DNA of 64,000 nt from a virus: positions 60,492 to 124,491 of the IMG/VR virus record IMGVR_UViG_3300036818_000105; one strand, given 5' to 3'. Made by a program: the position numbers and the translations under genes. Within the stretch, counting starts at the first letter, position 1. Every line of letters begins with the position of its first letter. The notes below the pieces were generated by a model. The model was not told the DNA's origin. It was given only the letters and a program-made list of their open reading frames with translations, and did not search any database. Of this stretch, positions 27,805 to 37,056 are shown one piece after another.

Positions 27805-30060
27805 GTGTCCTTCACCGCCGTAGGCAGCAACCCGCCCACCACCTCGACCACGTCCAACTCGTTCTCCCTGGCCCCGCACGCCGCCGGCGACTTCATCCTG
27901 CTTGGCGTCCTCGCCGGGTTCACCACGGGCAGCGCCGCCGACTACGCCACCTCGGTCAGCAGCAGCAACGGCAACGTCACCTGGTCCGTCCTCGTCGCCC
28001 ACACCGCGTTCGGCACGGGCGGCACCGGCGCGCAGACGGTCTTCATCGGCAAGGTCAACAGCACCACCAGCGGCACCCAGACGATCGGGTTCAACGCGGG
28101 CAGCCCGACCTGCCGCATCGCCTGGCAGGAGTTCAGCAACACCCTCGGGTACAGCGCCGTCACCCTCGACGGGTCCCCCGGCACCATAGACGTCGGGTCG
28201 AGCGCCCGCTTCCCCTCGCTCACGCCCGGCCACGGCAGCGGCGAGCTGTACTGGGGCTACCTCTGGGACAACGGCACCGCCGCCGCGGGCAGCACCTCCG
28301 GGTACTCGTACTACTTCGACGCCAACGGCAACCCGATGGCCGTCAACACGGCCTGCGGGACGGGCGCGCAGGCCCCCAACCTCGGGGACACCGGCGACGG
28401 CGTCGCCGGCATAGCCGTCCTGCTCTACGAGGCGGTCACCACCGTCAGCGGCGCTGCCGCCCTGTCCGGGTCGGGCACGCTCGGGGCGGGCGGGCGCGTG
28501 GCGGTGCCGGGCGCGGCCACGCTGGCGGGCGCCGGCTCCCTCGGGGCCTCCCCGGCTGTCGCCATACCGGGGTCCGTGACCCTGCTCGGCACAGGGTCCC
28601 TGACCGCCGGGGGAAACGTCTCCGCGCCAGGGCAGGCGTCCGCCAGCCTGTTCGGGAGCGGGTCGCTGTCCGCGGCTGGCTATGCCGGCTGGCAGCCCGC
28701 TGTCACCCTGTCCGGCACGGGCACTATCGGCGCGCAGTACACGGGGGTCACCCTCCAGGGCGTTACCCTCGCCGGGGCCGGCGCGCTCACCGCCGGCGGG
28801 TCGGCAGGGCTCAAGTTCACCTCAGGGCTGGCCGGGGCCGGGTTCCTGTCCATCCCGCAGGTCAGCGGCGGCCTGGTCCCCGGCGTCGGCGGGGCGGCCG
28901 CGCCGCAGGCGCTGCCCGGGTCAAGCCAGGTCGCCGTCGCGCCGCAGGGATCGGGCAACTGGCAGTGGCTCGGCACGCTCGGGCAGGTCACCGCCCTGAC
29001 CTACAGCTACGTGTGCCCCGGCGGGTGCGACCAGCTCACCATGACGATCATGGTCCCGGCCGCCTACCGGACGCAGCTGTTCAACCCCGGGTGGCAGGTG
29101 AAAGTCATCCGCGGGGGGCACCGGGTCTGGTACGGGAAGCTAGACGAGCCGCAGCCGTCAGCCAGCGGCTGGACGCTGACCGCGGTCGGGGCCGGGAACC
29201 TCTCGCAGAACTTCGTCGCCTACTATTCCGTGGACGACGTGTGGCCCGAAGACGAGCCCGATGAGATCATCAACCGGGCGATCAGCCGGGGACTCCCGTG
29301 GGTCAACCCAGGGCTCAACAGCGGGCCGTACGCCTCGCAGTACTGGATGGGGCAGGCCACCGACCCCGGCTCGCAGAACGTCTCGGCGTTCCTGAACTTG
29401 ATCTGCACGCGCGGCGGCCTGCTGTGGTACGTCAACAGCCAGCCGGGCGGGAGCTACGGCGGGAACAACCTGTCCGTCTTCCCGCTGCCCACCGTGCCGA
29501 ACCGGCTGCTGGTGTGCACGACCCCCGTGGCGCGGACGCTCGGCGGCTACGTGAACACGTTGTTCATAAGGTACGAATCGGTCGCTGACAACACAACGAC
29601 CAACGTGGCCGCCTCATATGACGTCGTGACCGCGATTAACTCTCAGTCGGTGACCGCTCACGGAACGCTAGAGTCGTACCTGGATCTAAGCGACGCCGGC
29701 CAGTTGTCCTCCGCAGCCGCCCAAGCTGTCGGCAATTCCATACTGAGCATCTACGAGGCCGCCAGCTTCGCCGGGCCGTTCACTGTCTCCTACGGACAGC
29801 TGCTCAACATGGGCGGCCAGCCAGTGGATATCGCCTGTGACCAGGCCGGTTCTATGGTGAAGTTGGTTCTAACCGACTTTGCGTACGGCGGATCGGTCAC
29901 ACCGAACATTCCCGTCGCATTCATCGTAGGGAGCTACGCATATGACGACTTCGCCCAAACTGCGACAATTACTCCGTATCAGTCCCTGAACGAAAGTCTT
30001 AGCGGGTTGCTCTCCATGACGAGCACCGTCATGACTCCACTCACCGTGGCTTCCACCTAG
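27805..30060 (+). CDS. Minor tail protein (beta domain + LSGSG repeats + hub-like domain)
   Basis: A.L.G.G.L repeats; YSYVCPGGC...VWYG.LDEP hub-like motif. Confidence 0.7.
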   Translation: MSFTAVGSNPPTTSTTSNSFSLAPHAAGDFILLGVLAGFTTGSAADYATSVSSSNGNVTWSVLVAHTAFGTGGTGAQTVFIGKVNSTTSGTQTIGFNAGSPTCRIAWQEFSNTLGYSAVTLDGSPGTIDVGSSARFPSLTPGHGSGELYWGYLWDNGTAAAGSTSGYSYYFDANGNPMAVNTACGTGAQAPNLGDTGDGVAGIAVLLYEAVTTVSGAAALSGSGTLGAGGRVAVPGAATLAGAGSLGASPAVAIPGSVTLLGTGSLTAGGNVSAPGQASASLFGSGSLSAAGYAGWQPAVTLSGTGTIGAQYTGVTLQGVTLAGAGALTAGGSAGLKFTSGLAGAGFLSIPQVSGGLVPGVGGAAAPQALPGSSQVAVAPQGSGNWQWLGTLGQVTALTYSYVCPGGCDQLTMTIMVPAAYRTQLFNPGWQVKVIRGGHRVWYGKLDEPQPSASGWTLTAVGAGNLSQNFVAYYSVDDVWPEDEPDEIINRAISRGLPWVNPGLNSGPYASQYWMGQATDPGSQNVSAFLNLICTRGGLLWYVNSQPGGSYGGNNLSVFPLPTVPNRLLVCTTPVARTLGGYVNTLFIRYESVADNTTTNVAASYDVVTAINSQSVTAHGTLESYLDLSDAGQLSSAAAQAVGNSILSIYEAASFAGPFTVSYGQLLNMGGQPVDIACDQAGSMVKLVLTDFAYGGSVTPNIPVAFIVGSYAYDDFAQTATITPYQSLNESLSGLLSMTSTVMTPLTVAST

Positions 30061-31010
30061 AAGAGCCTGCCATCCTGCTGCTCCTGCAGCCGCTTGCGAT
30101 CCTTTGCCCGGCCGCACTTCCTGCTGCAGTAGAAGCTTCTCCCGATCGTCTTAGACTGGTACTCGCCCCCGCAGACGGTGCAGGTGCGGGTTTCAGGCTC
30201 GCGGCGGTTCCATGTCTCAGCCACAATGGCGCTCATTGCCTGCCTGTGCTCAGGTGTCCCCCAGCCGCTCTCCTCGGCGTGCCACGCGTCCAGCACGGCC
30301 TGCGGAGGGCCGGGGTCGAAGTTGGTGAACGCGAACTCGCCGTACGCCTCCCGGGCGGCCAGGTCGTATGCGTAGGCGGCGCTAAGCTCGCTGGAGAAGA
30401 CGCCAAGATGGCGGTTGCCGAGGTGCGCGATCCAGCGGCCGCTCGCCTTGACCAGCGCAACGCCCTTGTACTGCGAGATGCCGCTTTGCCTCATCCGGCG
30501 GTTTGCCGCGTTCTGCGCCGGCGTGGCCAGCCTGAGGTTTGATCGACGATTGTCGATTCCGTTGCCGTTGACGTGGTCCACCCACGGCTGACCCATGATC
30601 AGGACGTGCATCAGGAGAGTTGGCGCCTTGCCGCCGTGGTCGCGACGCGACAGCGAGGTAAGCGCGTACGGCCCGGACACATGATGCCCGTTCTTCCACA
30701 CCTCGCGGACGTTCCAGCGGTACGGGGCGACTAGCTCGAAATCTTCCTCGTCGATCAGGGCCACCCGGCCCGCGGCGACCTTGCCGTACAGGGGTATCTC
30801 GCCGCGGTCCGCCGAGGCGAGGTTGATCTCCCAGCGCCAGCAGCCGCACGACTTCGTGTGCCCCGAACGCAGCTTCGCGAGATCGACGACTTTCTGCTTG
30901 CTGCATTCACACCGGCACAGCATCGCCCGGCGGCCCCCGGCGGTGGTCGTCTCCTCGATCACCGTCAGCCGCCCGAAGACGGTGCCGGGCGGGACGTCTA
31001 TGCTTCGCAT
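30057..31010 (-). CDS. Free-standing HNH-AP2 homing endonuclease
   Basis: FGRLTV..CRCEC..LRSGHTKSCGC; VDHVNGNGIDNRRSNLR; SQYKGV...W.A...HLG.F...AA.AYD.AA. Confidence 0.88.
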   Translation of the reverse strand: MRSIDVPPGTVFGRLTVIEETTTAGGRRAMLCRCECSKQKVVDLAKLRSGHTKSCGCWRWEINLASADRGEIPLYGKVAAGRVALIDEEDFELVAPYRWNVREVWKNGHHVSGPYALTSLSRRDHGGKAPTLLMHVLIMGQPWVDHVNGNGIDNRRSNLRLATPAQNAANRRMRQSGISQYKGVALVKASGRWIAHLGNRHLGVFSSELSAAYAYDLAAREAYGEFAFTNFDPGPPQAVLDAWHAEESGWGTPEHRQAMSAIVAETWNRREPETRTCTVCGGEYQSKTIGRSFYCSRKCGRAKDRKRLQEQQDGRLF

Positions 31011-31359
31011 GTCGGACCTGTCTCTCCAGTTTCAGGTTCGGCCAAAGCCCCGGGGCGTCGCTAGCGCTCGCGGGGCACTTGCGCACATTCTATCGGATTC
31101 ACCCTTAATTGCTGCCGTTTTGTGTCGTGGTGTCAGCAAAAAGCGCCATTGCTCAGGCTTGGGCCTCGACAAATCTGGTAACGGTGAGTATTGTCACGTA
31201 TGCGGGAAGTAAACAACTCCCCGTAACCTCAGAAGGTCTCCGAAAACCTCGGTTCCGTCTGATGCCTGGTTACAGAGGCGGTGCACCGGAGCGGCCCCCG
31301 GTCACCGCCTCACTCATGCCCGGGGTAAGCGGGGGTGCCGGCTCCCCCGAAGATCGTGA

Positions 31360-31406
31360 TGCACGTGCATTCGCAGCGTGCATCTGCACGTGCATGAGAC
31401 TAACCT
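31360..31406 (+). promoter_or_regulatory. Putative late promoter/operator, copy 2
   Basis: TGCACGTGCAT-N7-GTGCATCTGCACGTGCATGAG-N2-TAACCT, with ATG 6 nt later. Confidence 0.7.
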
Positions 31407-31412
31407 GAGGGA

Positions 31413-31688
31413 ATGCGGGTTGGTTGCAAGCAATGTGGCGCGGTCATCGACCTGCCCTCCGGCGCCGACCCCCACGCGACCACCTGGTGCGGGTGCTGCA
31501 CGGCCAGGCACCACCACGGCGAGGCAGCAGCGGCGTGCGGGCCGCACGTCCACGACGGCCCGTGCTGGAACCCGCCCGTCGCCGGCATCCCCCTCGAACT
31601 CCAGCCGGGCGTTGTCCCTGTCCGCCCGGCAGGCTGCACCGTCTGCCGCCCGGTCGCCCATTACGCGGTCGCCGGGAGCCCGTCTTGA
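31413..31688 (+). CDS. Small Cys/His-rich (Zn-binding) protein
   Basis: CKQC, CGCC..HHH, CTVC. Confidence 0.6.
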   Translation: MRVGCKQCGAVIDLPSGADPHATTWCGCCTARHHHGEAAAACGPHVHDGPCWNPPVAGIPLELQPGVVPVRPAGCTVCRPVAHYAVAGSPS

Positions 31689-32158
31689 CCACCTACGGGA
31701 TGACCGACCAGAACCGGGTCAACAGCCTGCTTCAGGCCCTGTTCTCGTCAACAAGTACAGGTGGCGGACTTACGCCGGAGGCAGGCAGCGGCGGGGGCTC
31801 AGGGTTCGCGATCAGCCCGCCGTACCACCTGCGGCTGATGACGACGGTCGGCTCGAACACGGCCTACGGCACCGAGGCGAACGGCTCGAACTGCCCCGGT
31901 TACACGGTGCTCGGCGCGACGCTCGGCACCCAGTTCTGCGCGGCCCCCTCGGCGGGCGCGCAGTCGAATACCAACCAGGTCCTCTGGAACGCGACCGGCA
32001 CCTGGGCGACGGTCGGCGGGCTTGAGGTCTGGGACAACGCCGCCACGCCGCTCCGGTGGCTGCAGGGCCCCCTGTCCAGCCCGATTACCGGCGCGGTCAA
32101 CGGCGACTCGATCATCGTGGCGGCCGGCGCGCTGACCCTGAACGCCGGCTCGTGGTGA
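31685..32158 (+). CDS. Tail fibre-associated protein (paralog A)
   Basis: G.EA.G...GY...ATGTW..V.G.EVWD.A...GD.....G.L motif; paralog of 32736..33221. Confidence 0.7.
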   Translation: MTTYGMTDQNRVNSLLQALFSSTSTGGGLTPEAGSGGGSGFAISPPYHLRLMTTVGSNTAYGTEANGSNCPGYTVLGATLGTQFCAAPSAGAQSNTNQVLWNATGTWATVGGLEVWDNAATPLRWLQGPLSSPITGAVNGDSIIVAAGALTLNAGSW

Positions 32159-32189
32159 GCGGCAGGGACCAGGAAAGAAAGGGAACCGA

Positions 32190-32411
32190 GTGATCCACGT
32201 TGCTTGCCAGAACTGCGGCACGTTCGACATCGCGGGGCCGGGTCACCCGGCCGTCACCTACGACACTGAGAAGCAGCAGCACGTGCTGACCGACCGGACG
32301 GCGCTCCGCCACTCGCACGCGGACGACTGCCAGCCGGGCGAGGACGGGAACTACCCGCTGCACTTCACGTTCATGGCGCCGGTCGGCGCGCAGCCGGCAA
32401 CGGGAGGATGA
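32190..32411 (+). CDS. Small CxxC protein
   Basis: CQNC...HSH..DC; SD GGGA. Confidence 0.55.
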   Translation: MIHVACQNCGTFDIAGPGHPAVTYDTEKQQHVLTDRTALRHSHADDCQPGEDGNYPLHFTFMAPVGAQPATGG

Positions 32412-32412
32412 C

Positions 32413-32715
32413 ATGGGGACCATTAGCCATTACGGCGTACTCACAAACGGCGTGCCGCCATCAACGACATACCTCACCAGTAACGACGGCTACCTGCATG
32501 TCTGGAACTACGGGCCTGAGGCGCTGTTCGCGAATTACACGAGCGCAGCCAGCCCTTCAGTGCCCACGGACGGCATCCCCGTGCCTGCCGGGGAGTGGGT
32601 CATCCTGCCCGCAGACGCGTACGGCGCTGGCCAGCGCCTGGCGTTTGGGGTCACGGTAGACAGCTACCCCGGAGGCGGAACGGACTGGCAAGGCATGCAC
32701 ATATGGGTTACCTGA
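32413..32715 (+). CDS. Hypothetical protein
   Basis: SD GGAGG; beta-rich. Confidence 0.55.
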   Translation: MGTISHYGVLTNGVPPSTTYLTSNDGYLHVWNYGPEALFANYTSAASPSVPTDGIPVPAGEWVILPADAYGAGQRLAFGVTVDSYPGGGTDWQGMHIWVT

Positions 32716-32735
32716 GTCAGGAGCGGACTAGATAA

Positions 32736-33221
32736 ATGCCAACCTCGGGAATGACCGACCAGACACTGGTCAACAAGATCCTGTCCGCCCTGTTCACGAG
32801 CAGTACGACGTTCACCATCACGCCCGGCACCGGCGGCGGGTCCGCGTTCACGATCACCCCGCCGTTCCGCCTGCACCTGTTCTCCACGACCGGGACCGAG
32901 ACGGCGACGGGCACCGAGAACGTTGCGGGAACGAGCCCCGGTTACACCAGCGGTTACCCCTCGGGCGGCATCAGCCTCGGCTCCAGCGCGTTCGGCTCCT
33001 TCTCCTCCGGTGCCAGCTCGAACGGCACCCTCGTGTCGTGGACGGCGACCGGCACGTGGACGCTCGGCGTCGCGGGGATCGAGGTGTGGGACTCGGCGGC
33101 CACCGCGATCCGCTACCTGTGGGGGCCACTGAACACCGGAATCGGGGCGAGCGTGGTCGTATCGGGCGACACTGTCTCCTTCGCCATCGGTGCCGTCACA
33201 GTGTCCGGAGCCGCGTGGTAG
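32736..33221 (+). CDS. Tail fibre-associated protein (paralog B)
   Basis: GMTDQ..VN..L.ALF..., ATGTW..GIEVWD. Confidence 0.7.
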   Translation: MPTSGMTDQTLVNKILSALFTSSTTFTITPGTGGGSAFTITPPFRLHLFSTTGTETATGTENVAGTSPGYTSGYPSGGISLGSSAFGSFSSGASSNGTLVSWTATGTWTLGVAGIEVWDSAATAIRYLWGPLNTGIGASVVVSGDTVSFAIGAVTVSGAAW

Positions 33222-33260
33222 GCCCCTGACCTGCTCTTACCGGATGACGGGCAGGACGCG

Positions 33261-35633
33261 ATGACGACCTACCGGCTGTTCCCGTCCGCGAACGGGCCCT
33301 CGGCCGCCACCAGCTTCAGCGGCGCGTTCGGCCCGGGAGTCAAGTTCAAGGTCACCAGCGGCGGCCTGTGGCTGAACGGCTTCTGGTGGTGGGTGTGCAG
33401 TACCGGCGGCCAGTCGGCGAGCGCGCAGAAGTTCGCCCTCTGGCAGGTGTACGGGAGCGCGGCGGGCCTCATCGTGCCAGGCGCGTCGGTGACCTCGGGG
33501 GCGCTGTCCGCCGGGTGGAACTACGTCGCCCTCGCAACCCCGGTCGCCCTCACCGCAGGGGCCACCTACCAGGCGGTGACGGCCTTCAGCGGCGCGTTCC
33601 CGCTGACCAGCAGCCAGTTCGCCAGCGGCGGCACCTACGCGGCGGGGATCGTGAACGGCCCGCTGACCGCGTTCAGCGACGGCACCGGGTCCAACCCCGA
33701 CCCCTACAGCAACAGCCAGTGCACGTACCAGACGGCGTCCACGGACCCGGCGGTCACCTTCGCCAGCAACGCCGACGCCGGGTACAACGGCTGGCTCGAC
33801 GTCCAGGTCTCCGACACCGCGCCCTCGGGTGCGAGCTACCGGATCTGGCCTGACCTCCCCGACGTCCTCGTCGGCGTGAGCAGTGACACGACCGGCTACC
33901 TGCTCGCCACCGAGTTCTCCCTGTCGGCCGCCTGCGCGCTGGACCGGATCTGGCACTACTCGCCGTCCGGCGCCGCGTCCCTGCCGACCCGCTGCAGCAT
34001 CTGGAACGTCTCCACGACGACGGAGGTCAGCGGGGCGGGCAACACCTCCCCGACGTGGCTGCTGCCCGGCGGCGCCAGCGCCTCGGCCGGGGGCGGGTGG
34101 GTGTACTGCGACTACACCTCCGCCGGGGTGAGCCTGTCCGCCAGCACGAGCTACAAGGTCGCCACCTACCACGCCAGCGGGTCGGAGTGGATGGCGGTCA
34201 CCCCGTCCTACTGGTCGACCGGGGCAGGCGGGCCCGGGATCACCAACGGCGTCATCACCGCGCCCGACAGCGCGTCTGCTACTCCAGGCCAGGGGTCCTA
34301 CGAGACCACCTGGTCCTACCCGGGCCTGTTCATCACGGGCGGGGAGAACTACTGGGTTGACGTCGAGGTCACCCCGTCAGGCGGGGGAACGGCCAGCGGC
34401 GCGGCGTCGCTTTCCGGGTCGGGCGCCCTCACCGCGGGCGCGGCCGTCACCCAGCCGGCGGCAGCGTCCTTGTCCGGGTCGGGAACGGTCGGGGCGACGC
34501 CGGCGCTGAAGCTCGCCTCCGGTGCGTCCCTGTCCGGGACGGGGACGCTGGGGGCCGCGGGGACCCCGGCCGTTCCCGCCTCCGCCGCCCTCGCCGGCAC
34601 CGGGCAGGTTACCGCCGCCGCCGCCCTGAAGCTCGCCTCCGGCGCCGCCCTCGCCGGGTCAGGGTCGCTTGCCGCCGCCGCGATCGCCGTCCAGCCTGCC
34701 GCCGCCTCCCTCGCAGGCTCCGGATCGCTCGGGGCCTCGGTGTCCGTCGTCCTCGCCAGCGCCGCGGTACTGTCCGGCGCGGGGACGCTGACCGCCGCCG
34801 GGACCGTCTCCGGGCTCACCTCAGGCGCCGCCGCCCTGTCCGGCTCAGGGACGCTCGCGGCCGCCGCCTCCCCCGTGCTGCTGCAGGCGGTCACGCTCTC
34901 GGGCTCGGGGGCGGTAACGGCTGCGGGCGTGGTCACCGTGACGTGCGGGGCGGCCCTCGGCGGCACCGGGACCCTGCTGGCCGCTGCCCTCGTGACAGCT
35001 CCCGCGTCGGCCGCCCTGTCCGGGCAGGGGGCGGTCTCGGCCGCCGCGTCGTCCGCCGGCCCGGCGAGTGCCGCGCTTTCCGGTTCCGGGTCGGTGACGG
35101 CCGGGGCGTCCCTCGCCTTCACGGTGGCCGTGTCCCTCGCCGGTTCCGGCGTGCTCACCGTGTCCGCGCAGGTCCTCACGCCCGTCAGCGAGCCGCCGGT
35201 TACCTGGCTCGCGCAGCCTGCCGCGCCCCGCTGGCGCTGCGGCCCGTCACTACCCAGATGGAGGGTTTCCGTGACCTTGTTCAGCCCGGTATCGGCGCTG
35301 TCCCTGGAGTGCGTCAACGTCACCTGGTTCTCTGACCTGGACGGGACGTCCGTTGACCCGACGGGGCAGGCGGAGAACCAGCCGGCGCTCCCGGTGTACC
35401 TCGCGTTCCCGCCCACCAGCGGGACCTACACCGCGCCAGCCCAGCCTGTGACGTGGTTCACGGCGTCGTGGCTGCTCGGCGGGACGGGCACCGGGTACAT
35501 AGCGCAGGCGCTAGTCGGGCCCGGCGGCGGGGTCGTCACGCTCTCGGCCGGGCAGCAGTACGACGTCTGGGGGAAAGTGACAGGCAGCCCGGAGGCTCCC
35601 GAGAAGTTCGCCGGGGTGCTCGCCGTGTACTGA
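33261..35633 (+). CDS. Tail fibre / receptor-binding protein with two DUF4082-like domains and ASLSGSG repeats
   Basis: GVKF.V...GWNYV.L.TPV.L..G..Y and NYWVDVEV motifs; ~20-aa repeats. Confidence 0.72.
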   Translation: MTTYRLFPSANGPSAATSFSGAFGPGVKFKVTSGGLWLNGFWWWVCSTGGQSASAQKFALWQVYGSAAGLIVPGASVTSGALSAGWNYVALATPVALTAGATYQAVTAFSGAFPLTSSQFASGGTYAAGIVNGPLTAFSDGTGSNPDPYSNSQCTYQTASTDPAVTFASNADAGYNGWLDVQVSDTAPSGASYRIWPDLPDVLVGVSSDTTGYLLATEFSLSAACALDRIWHYSPSGAASLPTRCSIWNVSTTTEVSGAGNTSPTWLLPGGASASAGGGWVYCDYTSAGVSLSASTSYKVATYHASGSEWMAVTPSYWSTGAGGPGITNGVITAPDSASATPGQGSYETTWSYPGLFITGGENYWVDVEVTPSGGGTASGAASLSGSGALTAGAAVTQPAAASLSGSGTVGATPALKLASGASLSGTGTLGAAGTPAVPASAALAGTGQVTAAAALKLASGAALAGSGSLAAAAIAVQPAAASLAGSGSLGASVSVVLASAAVLSGAGTLTAAGTVSGLTSGAAALSGSGTLAAAASPVLLQAVTLSGSGAVTAAGVVTVTCGAALGGTGTLLAAALVTAPASAALSGQGAVSAAASSAGPASAALSGSGSVTAGASLAFTVAVSLAGSGVLTVSAQVLTPVSEPPVTWLAQPAAPRWRCGPSLPRWRVSVTLFSPVSALSLECVNVTWFSDLDGTSVDPTGQAENQPALPVYLAFPPTSGTYTAPAQPVTWFTASWLLGGTGTGYIAQALVGPGGGVVTLSAGQQYDVWGKVTGSPEAPEKFAGVLAVY

Positions 35634-35689
35634 GGCAGCGTTCCCTGTATGCTCTCGCTCATAGCCGCCGGGGATACGGCTAGCTTTAC

Positions 35690-35736
35690 CGCGCCACCCC
35701 CGTCCTGGTCCTGCCAGGCGGGGGCGGCGCGTCTTC
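35690..35736 (+). terminator. Terminator hairpin at the end of the late operon (possibly bidirectional)
   Basis: CGCGCC.CCCCG..CTGG / CCAGGCGGGGGCGGCGCG then TCTT; between convergent genes. Confidence 0.55.
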
Positions 35737-35748
35737 GCGTTCCGGGGG

Positions 35749-36315
35749 TTACCTGGCCGGCCTCGCCGCGAGCTCCACCCCGAGCAAGCTCATGACCAGC
35801 CGGTCAAGCGCCTCCGGGATGATCCCCGCGAAGTCGGCCCGCCCTGGCCTGGGGTAGGAGACTGACCGCTGCACCTCAGCCTCGCCCCTCGCCTGCATCG
35901 CCGAGTACGTGATCCCGGCCCGGTCGACGGCGTACATGCAGCGGGACTCCACCCGGTCGGGGTGCACGTGCAGCCGCCGCGCCCTCGACGCCGCGGTCAC
36001 CTCGCGCTCCCGGTCGGTGCCGGGCTTCCCGCCGGCCACCGCCCACGCCTCGCACCGGAACGCGGCCCCGTGCAGGCCCTCCGGCGCCGCCGACCGCAGT
36101 AGCCCGGAGAACTCCCCGGCACCGTCGGCAAGCCGTGCGAGCACGCGGGGGGGGGCGTCTATCCCCCATATGGCATCCGGCACGGGAACCTGCCTGGCGT
36201 GGCACTCGCCGGCCTTCAGGTACAGGAAGTACAGGGCCGGGGCCTCGTCCCACCCGGCGCGGCCCTCGACCTCGGCAACCAGGGCGCCCATCACCCGGTC
36301 GGCTACGCGTCCCAT
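35749..36315 (-). CDS. Hypothetical protein
   Basis: ATG after GGAGG; WDEAP.LY, HPDRVESR..YAVDR.G. Confidence 0.65.
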   Translation of the reverse strand: MGRVADRVMGALVAEVEGRAGWDEAPALYFLYLKAGECHARQVPVPDAIWGIDAPPRVLARLADGAGEFSGLLRSAAPEGLHGAAFRCEAWAVAGGKPGTDREREVTAASRARRLHVHPDRVESRCMYAVDRAGITYSAMQARGEAEVQRSVSYPRPGRADFAGIIPEALDRLVMSLLGVELAARPAR

Positions 36316-36433
36316 CAGACCTCCATGATCCTTGGCGCGTCCGGGGACGGGTCGCCGGGCCCCACGTCGCGCCAGTCGCGGCGCTCCCCGCCCTCCGGCT
36401 CCCAGCCGACGCCGTGAGTGCCCCAGTGCAGGC

Positions 36434-36679
36434 TCATCCGCCTGCCCCCGGGGGAAGCACGCGCCCGCCCCGCGCCGCACTCATCCTCTTACCGTCCCGG
36501 CGCTTCTCGAGCAGCGCGAGTACCTCGTCCTCACGGAACCTGCGGTGCCCGCCGGGAGTCCAGGAGGGCGTCAGCAGCCCCGCGTTAGCCCACCGGGTGA
36601 CCGTCCTCGGGCACACCCTGAGCAGGGCGTACGTCTCGCCGGGGGTGAGGAGCCGGTCGATCACCGGGCGCGCGGTCAC
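36434..36679 (-). CDS. BldC/excisionase-like MerR-type HTH protein
   Basis: LLTPGE...RV.PRTVTRWA.AG.L....TPGGHRRFRE.EV.ALL. Confidence 0.8.
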   Translation of the reverse strand: MTARPVIDRLLTPGETYALLRVCPRTVTRWANAGLLTPSWTPGGHRRFREDEVLALLEKRRDGKRMSAARGGRVLPPGAGG

Positions 36680-37056
36680 GTTCCCGCCCCGCCCTCGCCG
36701 CCCAGCAGCGCCCGGACGTCCTCCTCCCGGAACCGCCGTCCGCCGCCCGGCAGCCGGACCGGGGCCAGCTTCCCCCGGTCAGACCACCGGACGAGGGTCT
36801 TCACGTCCCTGCCGAGCAGCCGGGCAGCCTCCCCGATCCGGAGCATCTTCCCCGGTGCCAGGGCCCGCACCTCAGACTCCCGGTACTTACGCCACCCGCT
36901 GCCCCCGGGACGGGCCGACCAGACCTTTCCCCCGTCAGCCCAGCGGGCGAGTGTCCGGGGCTCGACCTGGGCGATCGCCGCGGCCTCAGTCAGGCTCAGG
37001 AGGCGGTCCTCCTCTGCGGGTGCCTCAGCTACGCCGGCCTCGGTCTGGGCGCTCAC
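36676..37056 (-). CDS. Tandem double BldC/Xis-like HTH protein
   Basis: Two repeats of L...EAA.....TL.RW...GK.....PGG..R.(Y/F)RE..VRAL. Confidence 0.78.
   Translation of the reverse strand: MSAQTEAGVAEAPAEEDRLLSLTEAAAIAQVEPRTLARWADGGKVWSARPGGSGWRKYRESEVRALAPGKMLRIGEAARLLGRDVKTLVRWSDRGKLAPVRLPGGGRRFREEDVRALLGGEGGAGT

Noticed and set aside
27805-35633. Diversity-generating retroelement or invertible tail-fibre switch
   Set aside because: No reverse transcriptase, invertase or TR/VR nucleotide pair seen; repeats are at protein level only
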